Of a DNA stretch of 32,000 nt, positions 1-9,908 are shown one piece after another. Each line of letters begins with the position of its first letter. The stretch's first letter is position 1. Origin of the DNA: Candidatus Saccharimonas sp. (GTDB lineage: Bacteria; Patescibacteriota; Saccharimonadia; Saccharimonadales; Saccharimonadaceae); the NCBI GenBank assembly GCA_015256915.3, contig CP076101.2, forward strand, positions 605,740 through 637,739. The letters run 5' to 3'. The notes beneath the pieces are model-generated. The model worked only from the letters and a program-made list of their open reading frames with translations. It did no database searches and was not told the DNA's origin. Position numbers and translations under genes: made by a program.

Positions 1-1135
1 CAATAGAAGTTGCACGGATAAATTTTCCAATTTTTGTAATTCTTGGGTCGTTATCAAGCTGATCCCCATTTTTACGATATTCTTTGGAAAGTTCAGGTTT
101 TCCCATTTTTTCGAAAGCCTGTTCGGGAGTTAAGCCATCAAATTCAGCCTTTTGTGAGCGAAATTTATAGATATAAAACTCCCGATTGAAGCGTGTTAGG
201 CGAACTTGTCTAAAGAAAATTGAATCTTTAGGATTGGTAATCTTCATAATGATCGCCACAATTAACATTATTGGTGAAACTAAAATTAAACCAAAGATTG
301 CTAAAATTAGGTCCATTATACGCTTCCATATTCGACCCATACCAAATAATTTTGTAATTTTTACATCAATGATTGGAGTTCCGCCAATAACTTCAATTGT
401 GTTAATCTGCGAAAGAAGCCTATCTTGTTGTGGTGCAAACATATACTCAAGGTGATTTTCGATCGCATAGTTATAAATATCTTCACTCCTAAGTGTATCC
501 GTTTGAATTAAGATATCAGGATTTGTTTTTAAAGCTGCATCTTTAAAACTCACAAAATGTCGAACAGGTGATTTCGTTGGTAAAAATTGACTTTTCGAAA
601 CCATTCCAATTACGTCATAACCAAAATCAATATTGTCATGAAAAAATTGAGCCAATTCTGTTGAACGAGAGTTTGAACCAATAATTAAAACTTTTTGGCG
701 ACCAAAACCACTTCGAATCAAAGCACGGCGAATAAAACGCACTATTTCGCGACCAAGAATCATCATTAAGAAATTAATTGGAACAAAGAAGACCGCAATT
801 ATTCGAACTGGAAAAACTTCATCACCGGTGAAAAATTCATAAGAAATCATAGCCATAATACTAATTATTGAAACAACTAAAGACCTACCATACTCTTTTG
901 GTCGATAAAAAAATACCGAACGGTCATAAAGGCCAAAGAAATAGTTAATGGCCAGCCAAAGTGGTAGAAGCGAAACTGCCAAAAATACAAAATTCCAGAT
1001 ATTTGGCGCAAAATAATACGCGCGGGAATCAAGATGAGTTCTCGCAAAATATGCTAGCATAAATGAGCTCACAACCGCTAAGGTATCAGACAATACTAAA
1101 TTGACTTTAAATATGGTTATTTTATCTTTTTTCAT
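1..1135 (-). CDS. polyprenyl-phosphate glycosyl-1-phosphate transferase (WbaP / 'bacterial sugar transferase' family), C-terminus cut by window edge
   Basis: Not in the ORF track because it runs off the window. My own minus-strand translation from ATG at 1135 gives MKKDKITIFKVNLVLSDTLAVV..., a TM-rich N-terminus. It continues ...SPIMLIVAIIMKITNPKDSIFFRQVRLTRFNREFYIYKFRSQ...NDPRITKIGKFIRATSI. That matches the F.Q.R.G..G..F...KFR(T/S)M ... DPR(I/V)T..G..(L/I)R block of PF02397 enzymes. Confidence 0.8.
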   Translation of the reverse strand, partial: MKKDKITIFKVNLVLSDTLAVVSSFMLAYFARTHLDSRAYYFAPNIWNFVFLAVSLLPLWLAINYFFGLYDRSVFFYRPKEYGRSLVVSIISIMAMISYEFFTGDEVFPVRIIAVFFVPINFLMMILGREIVRFIRRALIRSGFGRQKVLIIGSNSRSTELAQFFHDNIDFGYDVIGMVSKSQFLPTKSPVRHFVSFKDAALKTNPDILIQTDTLRSEDIYNYAIENHLEYMFAPQQDRLLSQINTIEVIGGTPIIDVKITKLFGMGRIWKRIMDLILAIFGLILVSPIMLIVAIIMKITNPKDSIFFRQVRLTRFNREFYIYKFRSQKAEFDGLTPEQAFEKMGKPELSKEYRKNGDQLDNDPRITKIGKFIRATSI

Positions 1136-2663
1136 TACGGCCATTATACATCTCCAATATAAAATTTAAACCAAACGCAGCGCCTACTATAAAAATAGGT
1201 AAATATATAAAAATATATCTTGCCCTACTTTCAAATAAAACCTGATATGCAACTACTAAAAGAGTGAAAAATAGTAAAACTACATGATAGTATTTAAACT
1301 TATTAGCTGATTTAAAGATAAAAATTGTAAATAAAGTAAGAATAGTTCCCCACATAATAGAAATAAAAACACTAAATAGCCGAAATTTATTACCATTCCA
1401 AGATAGAAAACGCCTAAATTTATGCACTATATTACCTTCAACTAAAAACTGTATGAAATTATTTCTACTAGAACCCTCTCCCCACACTCCAAATGTTCCG
1501 TCGTTAAAGAAATTCGAAATCTTTAAAATAGCAAACTTAAGCCATCCAAAAGGAAAATTATTCGTCAAACTATCAATAAATATATTTAAACTTACTTTCT
1601 CGCGCTCTCTTGCACCTTTAGCGGCAGTATCATCAGCGTATCTTGGGCAATATGATCCAGTATTACATTCATTATAAGGTGGAAGCCCTCGCATGGATCC
1701 CATACCTAAATAATGTAAAAATCCAGTTCTTTTTTCACGTATTTGACTACTGGAATATTTCGCAAAACCGTTAGAAGATGTAATTAAAGTATTTAATACA
1801 AAAAAGGAAGAAATAACTCCGATTATAAATAAACCAAAATATTTTGCGATTATTTTTATATTTCGACATCTATTTATAAAAAATAACGAAGATAGAAATA
1901 TTGATATCATTAATATTAAAGTAGTAGGCTTTATAGCATACCCTAAGTAAGCAAAAATTCCTAATAATATAGTTAAGATTTTTAGTATGTAGCCATTGCC
2001 TTTTTTTGCATATAATTCAATAAGTAAAAGAATAAATAATTGAGAAGCAACAAAGAACAGACCGACAGTATCCGTATAAAATACCGTAGAATATGGAGAA
2101 AAATTTATTATAGCGATAATAAATGTTGATATAATAGAAAATACAGATTTATTAAATTTAACATAGATAATAGCCATTATAAATAATGAAGAAACAAGAA
2201 TTAATATATTATTTATAAAAATTAGAAGTATATCTTTATCAATACCTACAAAATTAGCTATACGATATATTATTACTACAAAATAAGTTATAGTTATATT
2301 ATTATCATATCTCAATAAATAATTATATTCCCAAGCTTTATCATCTGGATCGGTGTTACCAGTTTTTATATAATTATTAGCTATGGTTTGTATAGCGCCA
2401 GCATCCCAAGAGTGTTGTATTGAGGCGGTAGAAAAACCAGTTATCATTTGAGAGATTGAAGCAATAAAAATAAAGAATATAAGCAGAGTTTTCTTACTAA
2501 ATTTTTTAGATAATAAAAAAACCGCCACAACAAACAAAATCAATACTATTGCTATAATCAATACTTTATAAGGATCATATACACTAAATATATTTTTCGA
2601 AAGACCAAATATGCCAAATATTAAGCTGATAAGAGAAAATAATCTTAATGCCTTAATTACCAT
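1122..2663 (-). CDS. polytopic membrane protein, putative GT-C-type extracytoplasmic glycosyltransferase or polymerase (family not assignable)
   Basis: 513-aa ORF with about 12 hydrophobic segments and one soluble loop (GMGSMRGLPPYNECNTGSYCPRYADDTAAKGARE). It lies in a glycan locus and overlaps the downstream transferase by 14 nt. Very AT-rich. No specific family motif recognised. Confidence 0.5.
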   Translation of the reverse strand: MVIKALRLFSLISLIFGIFGLSKNIFSVYDPYKVLIIAIVLILFVVAVFLLSKKFSKKTLLIFFIFIASISQMITGFSTASIQHSWDAGAIQTIANNYIKTGNTDPDDKAWEYNYLLRYDNNITITYFVVIIYRIANFVGIDKDILLIFINNILILVSSLFIMAIIYVKFNKSVFSIISTFIIAIINFSPYSTVFYTDTVGLFFVASQLFILLLIELYAKKGNGYILKILTILLGIFAYLGYAIKPTTLILMISIFLSSLFFINRCRNIKIIAKYFGLFIIGVISSFFVLNTLITSSNGFAKYSSSQIREKRTGFLHYLGMGSMRGLPPYNECNTGSYCPRYADDTAAKGAREREKVSLNIFIDSLTNNFPFGWLKFAILKISNFFNDGTFGVWGEGSSRNNFIQFLVEGNIVHKFRRFLSWNGNKFRLFSVFISIMWGTILTLFTIFIFKSANKFKYYHVVLLFFTLLVVAYQVLFESRARYIFIYLPIFIVGAAFGLNFILEMYNGRNEKR

Positions 2664-2669
2664 GTCATC

Positions 2670-2698
2670 ATTATAACACAGACTAATCCAATATTCAA
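2670..2698 (-). promoter_or_regulatory. sigma70-type promoter, leaderless, for the 1122..2663 gene
   Basis: Minus strand reads TTGAAT-17 nt-TATAAT preceded by TGT (extended -10). Only 6 nt separate the -10 from the ATG at 2663. Confidence 0.5.
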
Positions 2699-2713
2699 TT
2701 TCAACACGCTATA

Positions 2714-2722
2714 TGCTATAAT
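2714..2722 (+). promoter_or_regulatory. extended -10 promoter (TGCTATAAT), leaderless, for the 2730 gene
   Basis: TGCTATAAT ends 7 nt before the ATG at 2730. No Shine-Dalgarno sequence is present. Confidence 0.5.
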
Positions 2723-2729
2723 AATATAT

Positions 2730-4871
2730 ATGAAAAATATAGAAGAGACTAAATTATCTATAGTAGTAACAGCCCATAACGAAGGATTGTATCTATATAA
2801 AACAATATTATCTATAGAAAAATCTATAGAACTATTACCTGAAATAAGCTATGAAATAATTATAAGTCTAGATAATCCAGATGATGAAACTATAAGAGTT
2901 GCTAAATTTTTAAGTAAGAAAAAACAAATCAAAATATTCGAATCATCTTTTGGAAACCCTGCAGATAATAGAAATTTCGCAATTTCGAAAGCAAAAGGAT
3001 CAATATGCGCACTTATAGATGGCGATGATCTAGTATCTAAGAATTGGTTTAAAAATGGATTAGCAAAATTAAAAGAAAACGAAAATTCAATTATTAGGCC
3101 TCAAATACATGCGATGTTTGGCACACGCATGAATTCTCTATCAATATGGCAAATGCGAAATTCTACAGAAAAAAATATAGACTCTATACAGATGTCATAT
3201 TGGAATCCATGGACATTAACTTTAATAGCTAAAACAGAATTACTAAAAGATACGCCATTCAAACCCCAAAAAGGAGGTTTTGGATTCGAGGATTATCTAT
3301 TTAACTGTGATATTATTTCTAAAAATATACCCATACTTATTGCGCCCGAAACTACTTTCTTCTATCGCCAGCGGCCTAACGTCTCGGTATCAACCCAACA
3401 CAAAAATACAATTCTAGACTATTCAGACCTGTTCGATATAGAATATATTAAGTCAATCGAAATGCCAATACCTCAAAAAAAGACAAGCTCTAGGATTAAT
3501 ATTAAAAAATATTATCGAGCACTGTATGATATTGCAAAAAAATCAGAGAATATAAGAAGAGCTATGTCACCAGTGGCATCAAGAATCCTAAGTAAAAAAA
3601 ATATGAAAAAGCTCCCCACCTTCTTTATTGAAGACTGGAGAGAAATTAATGCCATAGAAAATCAACTCTACCCCACAAAAGAAAAAATATCACAAGTAGA
3701 ATTTCATCCACTAACTTTTAACCCATTAGACAATGAGTATGGAATCGTATATAAAAAGCTATGCGAACAGATATCTGGAAATAATATAGATTATTTGTTC
3801 TTAGCACCTGCTATGAGCGGAAGGGGCGGAACAGAAAAGTTAATTTCTAACTATATCAGAGCTTTAAAAGAGATTCACCCTAAATGGAATATAGGAATAT
3901 TATCAACACAGCCATTCAATAAGCCAACTATCGATTTTTTCAGTAATTTAGGAGTAGATCTAATAGATTTCGGAAGATTGACGAAAAAAATGGGAGATTA
4001 CGAAAAAAATATAATATGGTCGCGTCTCCTAATTCAAGCAAAAATTAAAAATCTACACTTAATAAATGATGAATACTGGTATAGATGGCTATCAGAACAT
4101 AAGTCAGTAATTAAAGAAAAAAATATTAAATTAAACATATCTTTGTTCATGCGTGAATTTACTAGCCAAAAAGATAGAATACTTTCATTCGCAGATCCTC
4201 AATTAGTAGAAGTATGGGATATAGTTAATTTAGTTTTCACAGATAACCAGGCGGTAATAGATCAGGCCTTAGAAAATAATTTATTCGAAAAGTCTAAGTT
4301 TAGAGTTCACTATCAACCACAAACTATAGAAGAAGATAACAATTCGAATAATATAGAATATGGTCAAAAAATTAAAATTCTATGGGCCAGCAGAATAGCA
4401 CTCCAAAAAAGACCAGATATCCTTAAAAAAATATCTAAAGAGCTCTCGAAAGATTTCGAAATAGATGCATACGGGGTCATTGAAAAGAAACAATATAGTA
4501 AAAATTACTTCAAGGACTCTCGAGTTAACTATATGGGAGGATTTAAAGGTATAAATTCTATAGAAACAAGTAACTACGATATATATTTATATACCTCTCA
4601 AACAGATGGAGTTCCAAATATATTGTTAGAAGTAGCATCCAAAGGAATACCAATAGTATCCAGCAACATTGGCGGAATCAGCGAGTTTATAACCGATAAA
4701 GAGAGTGGATTATTAGTAGATATGGAAGATATAGATGGATATGTAAAAGCTATAGAATTCCTGAAAAACAATCCGACATATGCAGAAAAATTTACAGCAA
4801 ATTTGCGAAAAAAGCTAAAAACGCAGCATTCGTGGGAAAGCTTTATAGATAAGATTTCTAAGGATATATAA
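2730..4871 (+). CDS. two-domain glycosyltransferase (N-terminal GT2 + C-terminal GT4/GT1-type)
   Basis: The N-terminus has LSIVVTAHNEG...DGDD (GT-A fold, DxD). The C-terminus has YTSQTDGVPNILLEVASKGIPIVSSNIGGISEFITDKESGLLV, typical of the GT4 E-x7-E region. Confidence 0.8.
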   Translation: MKNIEETKLSIVVTAHNEGLYLYKTILSIEKSIELLPEISYEIIISLDNPDDETIRVAKFLSKKKQIKIFESSFGNPADNRNFAISKAKGSICALIDGDDLVSKNWFKNGLAKLKENENSIIRPQIHAMFGTRMNSLSIWQMRNSTEKNIDSIQMSYWNPWTLTLIAKTELLKDTPFKPQKGGFGFEDYLFNCDIISKNIPILIAPETTFFYRQRPNVSVSTQHKNTILDYSDLFDIEYIKSIEMPIPQKKTSSRINIKKYYRALYDIAKKSENIRRAMSPVASRILSKKNMKKLPTFFIEDWREINAIENQLYPTKEKISQVEFHPLTFNPLDNEYGIVYKKLCEQISGNNIDYLFLAPAMSGRGGTEKLISNYIRALKEIHPKWNIGILSTQPFNKPTIDFFSNLGVDLIDFGRLTKKMGDYEKNIIWSRLLIQAKIKNLHLINDEYWYRWLSEHKSVIKEKNIKLNISLFMREFTSQKDRILSFADPQLVEVWDIVNLVFTDNQAVIDQALENNLFEKSKFRVHYQPQTIEEDNNSNNIEYGQKIKILWASRIALQKRPDILKKISKELSKDFEIDAYGVIEKKQYSKNYFKDSRVNYMGGFKGINSIETSNYDIYLYTSQTDGVPNILLEVASKGIPIVSSNIGGISEFITDKESGLLVDMEDIDGYVKAIEFLKNNPTYAEKFTANLRKKLKTQHSWESFIDKISKDI

Positions 4872-4879
4872 TTAAATAT

Positions 4880-5995
4880 ATGAGCAATAATTCGAAATAT
4901 TTAATAAGTTTTATAGTACCCGTATTTAATACGGGTACTAATATAGAAAACATTGTTAATTCAATACTTAAAGTAAGTAACACAATGGATAATATATTAG
5001 AAATTATAGTTGTTGATGATGGATCAGATGATCAAGAAACGCTAGATTCTCTAAAAAATATATCTAAGCTTAATGATGTATCAGTAATAAGACAAAAAAA
5101 TTCTGGCCCTAGCGCATCTAGAAATATTGGAATATCTAAGGCATCTGGAGAATGGATTGGATTTTGCGATTCAGACGACATTATAGATTCCGAACATCTT
5201 TTAAACACCGTAAAAACAATAAGAATGAATAATTATAAAAATTCAGATATGCTTGTTTTTGGGTGGAGTATAAGGCATAACCAAGATAATAAAAGTACTT
5301 ATAGGCACATTAATTTAGAAAAACAATCTATAACAGGTGAAAATGATATAGCACAAAAAACATTAAAATCTCTAAGTTTAGATGGACGAATGTATAATCT
5401 GTGGAATAGGCTTTATAGAAAAAATATAATCCGTGATAATAATATTAAATTAGATGAAAACCTTAGATTTGGAGAGGATCTAATATTCAACCTGAATTTC
5501 TTATTAAAATCAAGCAGGATTGACATACTAGATGTAGCGCCTTATTACACATATATTTCCAATAGTGAAACGAGTATAGTAAAAACTACAAAGCTCAACA
5601 CTGAATATAGAATAAAAAATGCAAGAGAGCTAGATAAATTTTCGAAAATAGCAAATCAGCAAGATAATCCCTATGTTCAACTTATTAAAGCTAGGTGGCT
5701 AATATCTTTCATGATGTCATCTATTCAATATTCAACCAAGCAAGAAGGATCTAAAAAATCTTTAAATAATATAAAGCATATTATTGACAATAGGATACTG
5801 GCACCAAAATTTATTAAAAAAACGCCAGAGATAGGGATAATAGAATATATATTTCTACTTATAGCAACCTTAATACTAAAAAATGCTCTATTAGCATTTA
5901 TTTTGGCTAATATATTGTTGTTTATTAAAAATATTAAATCTCAAAAAAATATAAAATTAGATGAAAAATATTACACACTGAAAAAAATAATCTAA
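4880..5995 (+). CDS. family 2 glycosyltransferase with C-terminal membrane anchor
   Basis: ISFIVPVFNTG...VVDDGSDD...GFCDSDD are GT2 motifs. The C-terminus is hydrophobic (IIEYIFLLIATLILKNALLAFILANILLF). Confidence 0.8.
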   Translation: MSNNSKYLISFIVPVFNTGTNIENIVNSILKVSNTMDNILEIIVVDDGSDDQETLDSLKNISKLNDVSVIRQKNSGPSASRNIGISKASGEWIGFCDSDDIIDSEHLLNTVKTIRMNNYKNSDMLVFGWSIRHNQDNKSTYRHINLEKQSITGENDIAQKTLKSLSLDGRMYNLWNRLYRKNIIRDNNIKLDENLRFGEDLIFNLNFLLKSSRIDILDVAPYYTYISNSETSIVKTTKLNTEYRIKNARELDKFSKIANQQDNPYVQLIKARWLISFMMSSIQYSTKQEGSKKSLNNIKHIIDNRILAPKFIKKTPEIGIIEYIFLLIATLILKNALLAFILANILLFIKNIKSQKNIKLDEKYYTLKKII

Positions 5996-6016
5996 AAAAT
6001 TAATATTTTTTATTTT

Positions 6017-6048
6017 AATACCACTGTTTAAACTCAAGTAGTGGTATT
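6017..6048. terminator. bidirectional hairpin between convergent genes
   Basis: AATACCACT (6017-6025) pairs with AGTGGTATT (6040-6048) around a 14-nt loop. Flanks are A/T runs. Confidence 0.5.
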
Positions 6049-6068
6049 ATTTAAAAAACTATCTATTC

Positions 6069-7232
6069 CTATTCAATAATATTCTTTTTTACTAAACCAT
6101 AGTCGTTATCGGTTTTAGTAGTTAAATATTTAAATCTAAAATCACCGCCATCAAAAGTATTAGCAATAGCCTTAGAATGATCTTTATTTTTTTCATATAG
6201 AACTGCAACAACTCTAAAGTCGGTAGAATTAAAATTATCTAAAGAAATCCTAATATTAAATACTGAATTATCTGTAGAAACCTTTACATGACCGCTGTCA
6301 TACACTCTACCGCCTCTACCTTCATCTTGAAGAGTATAAGCAATATATAACTCAGCATCACCGTTATACGAATATTCTATATCAGCCTCAAAATATTCAC
6401 CATGATGAATAATTGGTTTATTCCCAACAATTTTAATTGAGGAAGAATTATCATCAGTATTAGAATTATAAATATTGCGAGAATTAAGCGTGTCTAGGTT
6501 GGAAGCTATATATTTCTCAGCAACTTTATCAACATCACCAGATTCACTTATCATACCATCTGCAATAAAAATAGCATTATTACAATATTTTTTAACATCC
6601 GCCATTGAATGTGTAACCAAGATAACAGTTTTAGTTTTATCTTTCTTAATATTTTCGAAAAAATCATTACATTTACGTTGAAAGGCTTCATCACCAACTG
6701 CTAAAACTTCATCCAACACTAAAATATCACCTTGAGCTTTAATAGCGATCGAAAAAGCCAAACGAACTTGCATTCCGCTAGAATAATTCTTTAATTTCTG
6801 GTCCATAAATTCTTCAAGCTCAGCAAATTCAACAATTTCATTATACATTGCAGAAATTTCCTCTTTCGAAAAACCTAAAAGGGCACCATTTAAATAAATG
6901 TTTTCACGGCCAGTAAGTTCTGGATTAAACCCAACACCAAGCTCAATAAATGGAACCAAAGTTCCGTCAACTTTTACTGTACCACTCTCTGGCGTATAAA
7001 TTTGCGAAATAATTTTAAGTAATGTAGATTTTCCTGAACCATTTCGACCAACAATACCATAAAAATCACCTTTTTTAACCTTGAATGAAATATCCTTAAG
7101 AACTTTTTGTTCTTTATAGCCTTTAATTCCCTTCGTCCAGTTTACAAAAGCCTGTTTAATACCACTCGCCTGCTCTGTTGGTAAACGAAAACTTTTCGAA
7201 ACATTTTTTACTTCTAAAGCGTATTTTCCCAT
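6069..7232 (-). CDS. polysaccharide/teichoic-acid ABC exporter ATP-binding protein (Wzt/TagH type) with about 140-aa C-terminal extra domain
   Basis: Walker A is GRNGSGKST, the signature is YSSGMQVRLAF and Walker B is ILVLDEVLAVGD. A beta-rich tail (aa about 250-387) sits where Wzt glycan-cap-binding domains occur. Confidence 0.9.
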   Translation of the reverse strand: MGKYALEVKNVSKSFRLPTEQASGIKQAFVNWTKGIKGYKEQKVLKDISFKVKKGDFYGIVGRNGSGKSTLLKIISQIYTPESGTVKVDGTLVPFIELGVGFNPELTGRENIYLNGALLGFSKEEISAMYNEIVEFAELEEFMDQKLKNYSSGMQVRLAFSIAIKAQGDILVLDEVLAVGDEAFQRKCNDFFENIKKDKTKTVILVTHSMADVKKYCNNAIFIADGMISESGDVDKVAEKYIASNLDTLNSRNIYNSNTDDNSSSIKIVGNKPIIHHGEYFEADIEYSYNGDAELYIAYTLQDEGRGGRVYDSGHVKVSTDNSVFNIRISLDNFNSTDFRVVAVLYEKNKDHSKAIANTFDGGDFRFKYLTTKTDNDYGLVKKNIIE

Positions 7233-8056
7233 TACATAATCTCCGCAAATTTTTTCGAATTTTTATTAAAATACCATAGACCAAAAGCTACTAATAAAGT
7301 TGTGACCAAAATTGGAATTAACACAAACCAGTAATTTTCGAAAAGTGTCCAGAAAGTTGGTGTTTCATGAGCGATCAAATTGTGGCGAATATCTTGAATC
7401 GCAAGCGCAATTGGGTTAAGCATCATAATTTTCGCAATCGAAAATCCAAAAATTGAAACTTTTGTAACCATTGAAATTGGATACATAATTGGCATTGAAT
7501 AGACTAAAATCTGCATAAATACTTCCCAGATATGCGAAATATCACGGAATTTAACATAAAGAGTTGATAAAATTAACGCTAAACCAAAAGCTGTAGCAAA
7601 AAGAAGTATAATGTTAAATGGCAAAATTAAAACAGACCATTGGAATTTTACACCAGCAAAAATTGCAAAAGCTAAAACAACCAAAAGATTAATTGAAAGT
7701 GAAATTAAAGCACTCACCATTGAAGAAATAATCACGATATATTTTGGAAAATTAATTTTTCGCATCAAATCACCACGAGCAACAATTGAATTCATCCCCA
7801 AAGTAACTGCTTCGGTAAAAAATCCCCAAAGAGAGAGACCAAGGAGTAGAGTTATTGCATAGTTTGGAATTGAAGAATCAGTAATTCGCAAGAATTTTAC
7901 AAATATAAAATACATCACCACAAAAATCATAAGTGGCTTAAGAACTGACCATAAAATTCCCAAAGCTGAGCCTTGATACCTTAACTTAAAATCTGTTTTA
8001 ACGAGTTCTGCAAGCAGAACCCGATTCCTCTTTTCAAAAAATCCTATTTTAATCAT
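7232..8056 (-). CDS. ABC-2 type polysaccharide exporter permease (Wzm/TagG type)
   Basis: 274 aa with 6 TM segments. The N-terminal LVKTDFKLRYQGSALGILWSVLKPL block is typical of ABC-2 permeases. Its stop overlaps the ATPase start as TAATG at 7232. Confidence 0.85.
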   Translation of the reverse strand: MIKIGFFEKRNRVLLAELVKTDFKLRYQGSALGILWSVLKPLMIFVVMYFIFVKFLRITDSSIPNYAITLLLGLSLWGFFTEAVTLGMNSIVARGDLMRKINFPKYIVIISSMVSALISLSINLLVVLAFAIFAGVKFQWSVLILPFNIILLFATAFGLALILSTLYVKFRDISHIWEVFMQILVYSMPIMYPISMVTKVSIFGFSIAKIMMLNPIALAIQDIRHNLIAHETPTFWTLFENYWFVLIPILVTTLLVAFGLWYFNKNSKKFAEIM

Positions 8057-8066
8057 TATGCTTTTA

Positions 8067-8075
8067 ATTATATCA
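8067..8075 (-). promoter_or_regulatory. extended -10 promoter (TGATATAAT), near-leaderless, for the wzm/wzt-like operon
   Basis: Minus strand reads TGATATAAT, then 10 nt, then the ATG at 8056. No SD is present. Confidence 0.45.
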
Positions 8076-8150
8076 TATATCGCCTAACACTCCAACACTA
8101 AACTATTTTAACATCTGAAAATAGCTAGCTTTCTAGATTATTTTTAATAA

Positions 8151-8178
8151 GTTAAAACAGCATCTCTGCTGTTTTAAC
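8151..8178 (-). terminator. hairpin downstream of the LGFP gene
   Basis: GTTAAAACAGC pairs with GCTGTTTTAAC (11-bp perfect stem, 6-nt loop), 3 nt after the stop at 8181. Confidence 0.5.
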
Positions 8179-8180
8179 TG

Positions 8181-9908
8181 CTATTTATCTATTTTTAATA
8201 TATATTTATTACCAACACCCGTAATTAATCCTCTTTCGAAATTCTGAGTCCATTTACCATCATTCCATGCTTCATTCTTTAACGGTAAGCCGAGTTTATC
8301 TTTTTGCGTATCATTTAATGAATTATAGAATTTAAATACATCACCCTGAATTTCCCAATATCCTAAATTATCGTTTCCTATGATATCACCTTTCTCGTAG
8401 TGTTGTATCTTATAACCTTTTTCTTCAATAACATCACTAGTAGGAAATCCTAAAGCACCTTTTTCATTACCAATCTTATTCCAGCGTTCGCGTATTTTAC
8501 CATAACTTTCATGATATCCAGATTTTGGACTACCTATAATAAAACCATTCTGATATTTCTGGAACCATCCACCTTGAATAGTTGAAAATTCTTGTGTTAT
8601 AGGTAATCCCATCTTACCATGTTCATACCCTAATTGAGCATACTTATCTCTAATTAAACCAATACTTTCCCAATATCCAGTACTATCACTTCCAATTATG
8701 AAACCATTCTGATATTTTTGCGCACGACCATTATTGATAGTGTTAAAATATCCAGATAGTGGTAATCCCATCTTACCATGTTCATACCCTAGCTCAGAAT
8801 ATCTTTGTCTAATTTTACCATAGTTTTCCCAATATCCAGTACTATCACTTCCAACTATGAAACCATTTTTAAACCTTTGGAATATTGATTTATCGGTCTT
8901 GAAAAATTCAGAATCTACGTCACCAAGATATCCTTTTTCACCACCTAGCTCAATGTATCTTTCATATATTCCACTGTGTATTCTTTTACTTTCAAGAGTA
9001 GAGCCAAATAGCCGGTTAAAGAACATAAAGAAATTACGATTTCCATAAGCTCCACAATGTGAAGTTCCCGGATAATTTGCTAGTGCTGAATCATTCGGAA
9101 CATACGGTGTATAAATATATAAACTTAAAGTTGCAACATTCTCAATATTAACACGTTTTGTACCGCAAGCTGGATTTGGTGAATATTGAATATTATTCCA
9201 TCCAAGCTTTAGCGAATAGCCACCATCTTTATGATGGTCTTTATAATATTTGAGCTGCCAAGCTGCCAAAGTCATTTGTTTATAAAAACCAGCTTTCGAA
9301 TCCGCACAAGCAGCAGAAAATCCAGGTCCAGAATCTGGGCAAGCATAGCCCATTGCATATTTATATTGAGTTTTTACTGGCCAATTATCATCTAGTAAAT
9401 TGAGAGATTCTTTCTTCAGTAAAACCAACAAAACTTGCGGGTTAATTCCATATTTCTGAGCCGCATCATAAATAATCTGTGCCGCCGAAATTCCACCTTC
9501 GAAAGATCCGCCACCTTTTTCGAAAGAAGTTTCGCCAGTATTTGGGTTTTCGTGATAATTATTTATACATACATATGGAGGTTTATGCCAATAATTTGAA
9601 TTTTGTGCAGCAGCAAATTGAGCAGCGGTTCTACCATCATTTTTCCCAGAAGGTCCAGTACCCCAGGTATCACAACTACCAATTTGCTTATTTAAAAAGC
9701 TTTGGATTTGCTGCACGTTCATTGCATCTTTATTATAAAAAATACTGTCGTCAATAATTCGTCCAGGATTGAAATCGGTTGCTTTAACAGCGTTAGAAAG
9801 ATTTCTAAGTACAGCTAAAGAACTAAAAATAATAACCGCCACAACTGGCGCACCAATTAAAATTGATTTTTTAAATTTTCTACTTCTCGATTGTAAAACT
9901 TTGAGCAT
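8181..9908 (-). CDS. secreted or membrane-anchored cell-wall protein: Cys-rich N-terminal domain + five LGFP repeats
   Basis: There is an N-terminal TM/signal segment (ILIGAPVVAVIIFSSLAVL). A conserved domain contains AAQIIYDAAQKYGINPQVLLVLLKKES. The C-terminus has 53-aa repeats with the LG(Y/F/L)P...NG.I(I/V)G...G motif characteristic of LGFP repeats (PF08310). Confidence 0.75.
   Translation of the reverse strand: MLKVLQSRSRKFKKSILIGAPVVAVIIFSSLAVLRNLSNAVKATDFNPGRIIDDSIFYNKDAMNVQQIQSFLNKQIGSCDTWGTGPSGKNDGRTAAQFAAAQNSNYWHKPPYVCINNYHENPNTGETSFEKGGGSFEGGISAAQIIYDAAQKYGINPQVLLVLLKKESLNLLDDNWPVKTQYKYAMGYACPDSGPGFSAACADSKAGFYKQMTLAAWQLKYYKDHHKDGGYSLKLGWNNIQYSPNPACGTKRVNIENVATLSLYIYTPYVPNDSALANYPGTSHCGAYGNRNFFMFFNRLFGSTLESKRIHSGIYERYIELGGEKGYLGDVDSEFFKTDKSIFQRFKNGFIVGSDSTGYWENYGKIRQRYSELGYEHGKMGLPLSGYFNTINNGRAQKYQNGFIIGSDSTGYWESIGLIRDKYAQLGYEHGKMGLPITQEFSTIQGGWFQKYQNGFIIGSPKSGYHESYGKIRERWNKIGNEKGALGFPTSDVIEEKGYKIQHYEKGDIIGNDNLGYWEIQGDVFKFYNSLNDTQKDKLGLPLKNEAWNDGKWTQNFERGLITGVGNKYILKIDK
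8184..8969 (-). repeat. five tandem intragenic LGFP repeats, period 159 bp
   Basis: Repeats 2 and 3 share identical 31-mers at 8602-8632 and 8761-8791. They also share 29 identical nt at 8667-8695 and 8826-8854. Confidence 0.75.

Noticed and set aside
186-455. 89-aa plus-strand ORF from the track
   Set aside because: It lies entirely antisense within the WbaP-type transferase gene, whose minus-strand translation carries clear family motifs. The ORF has a low-complexity I/K-rich product and no start signals.
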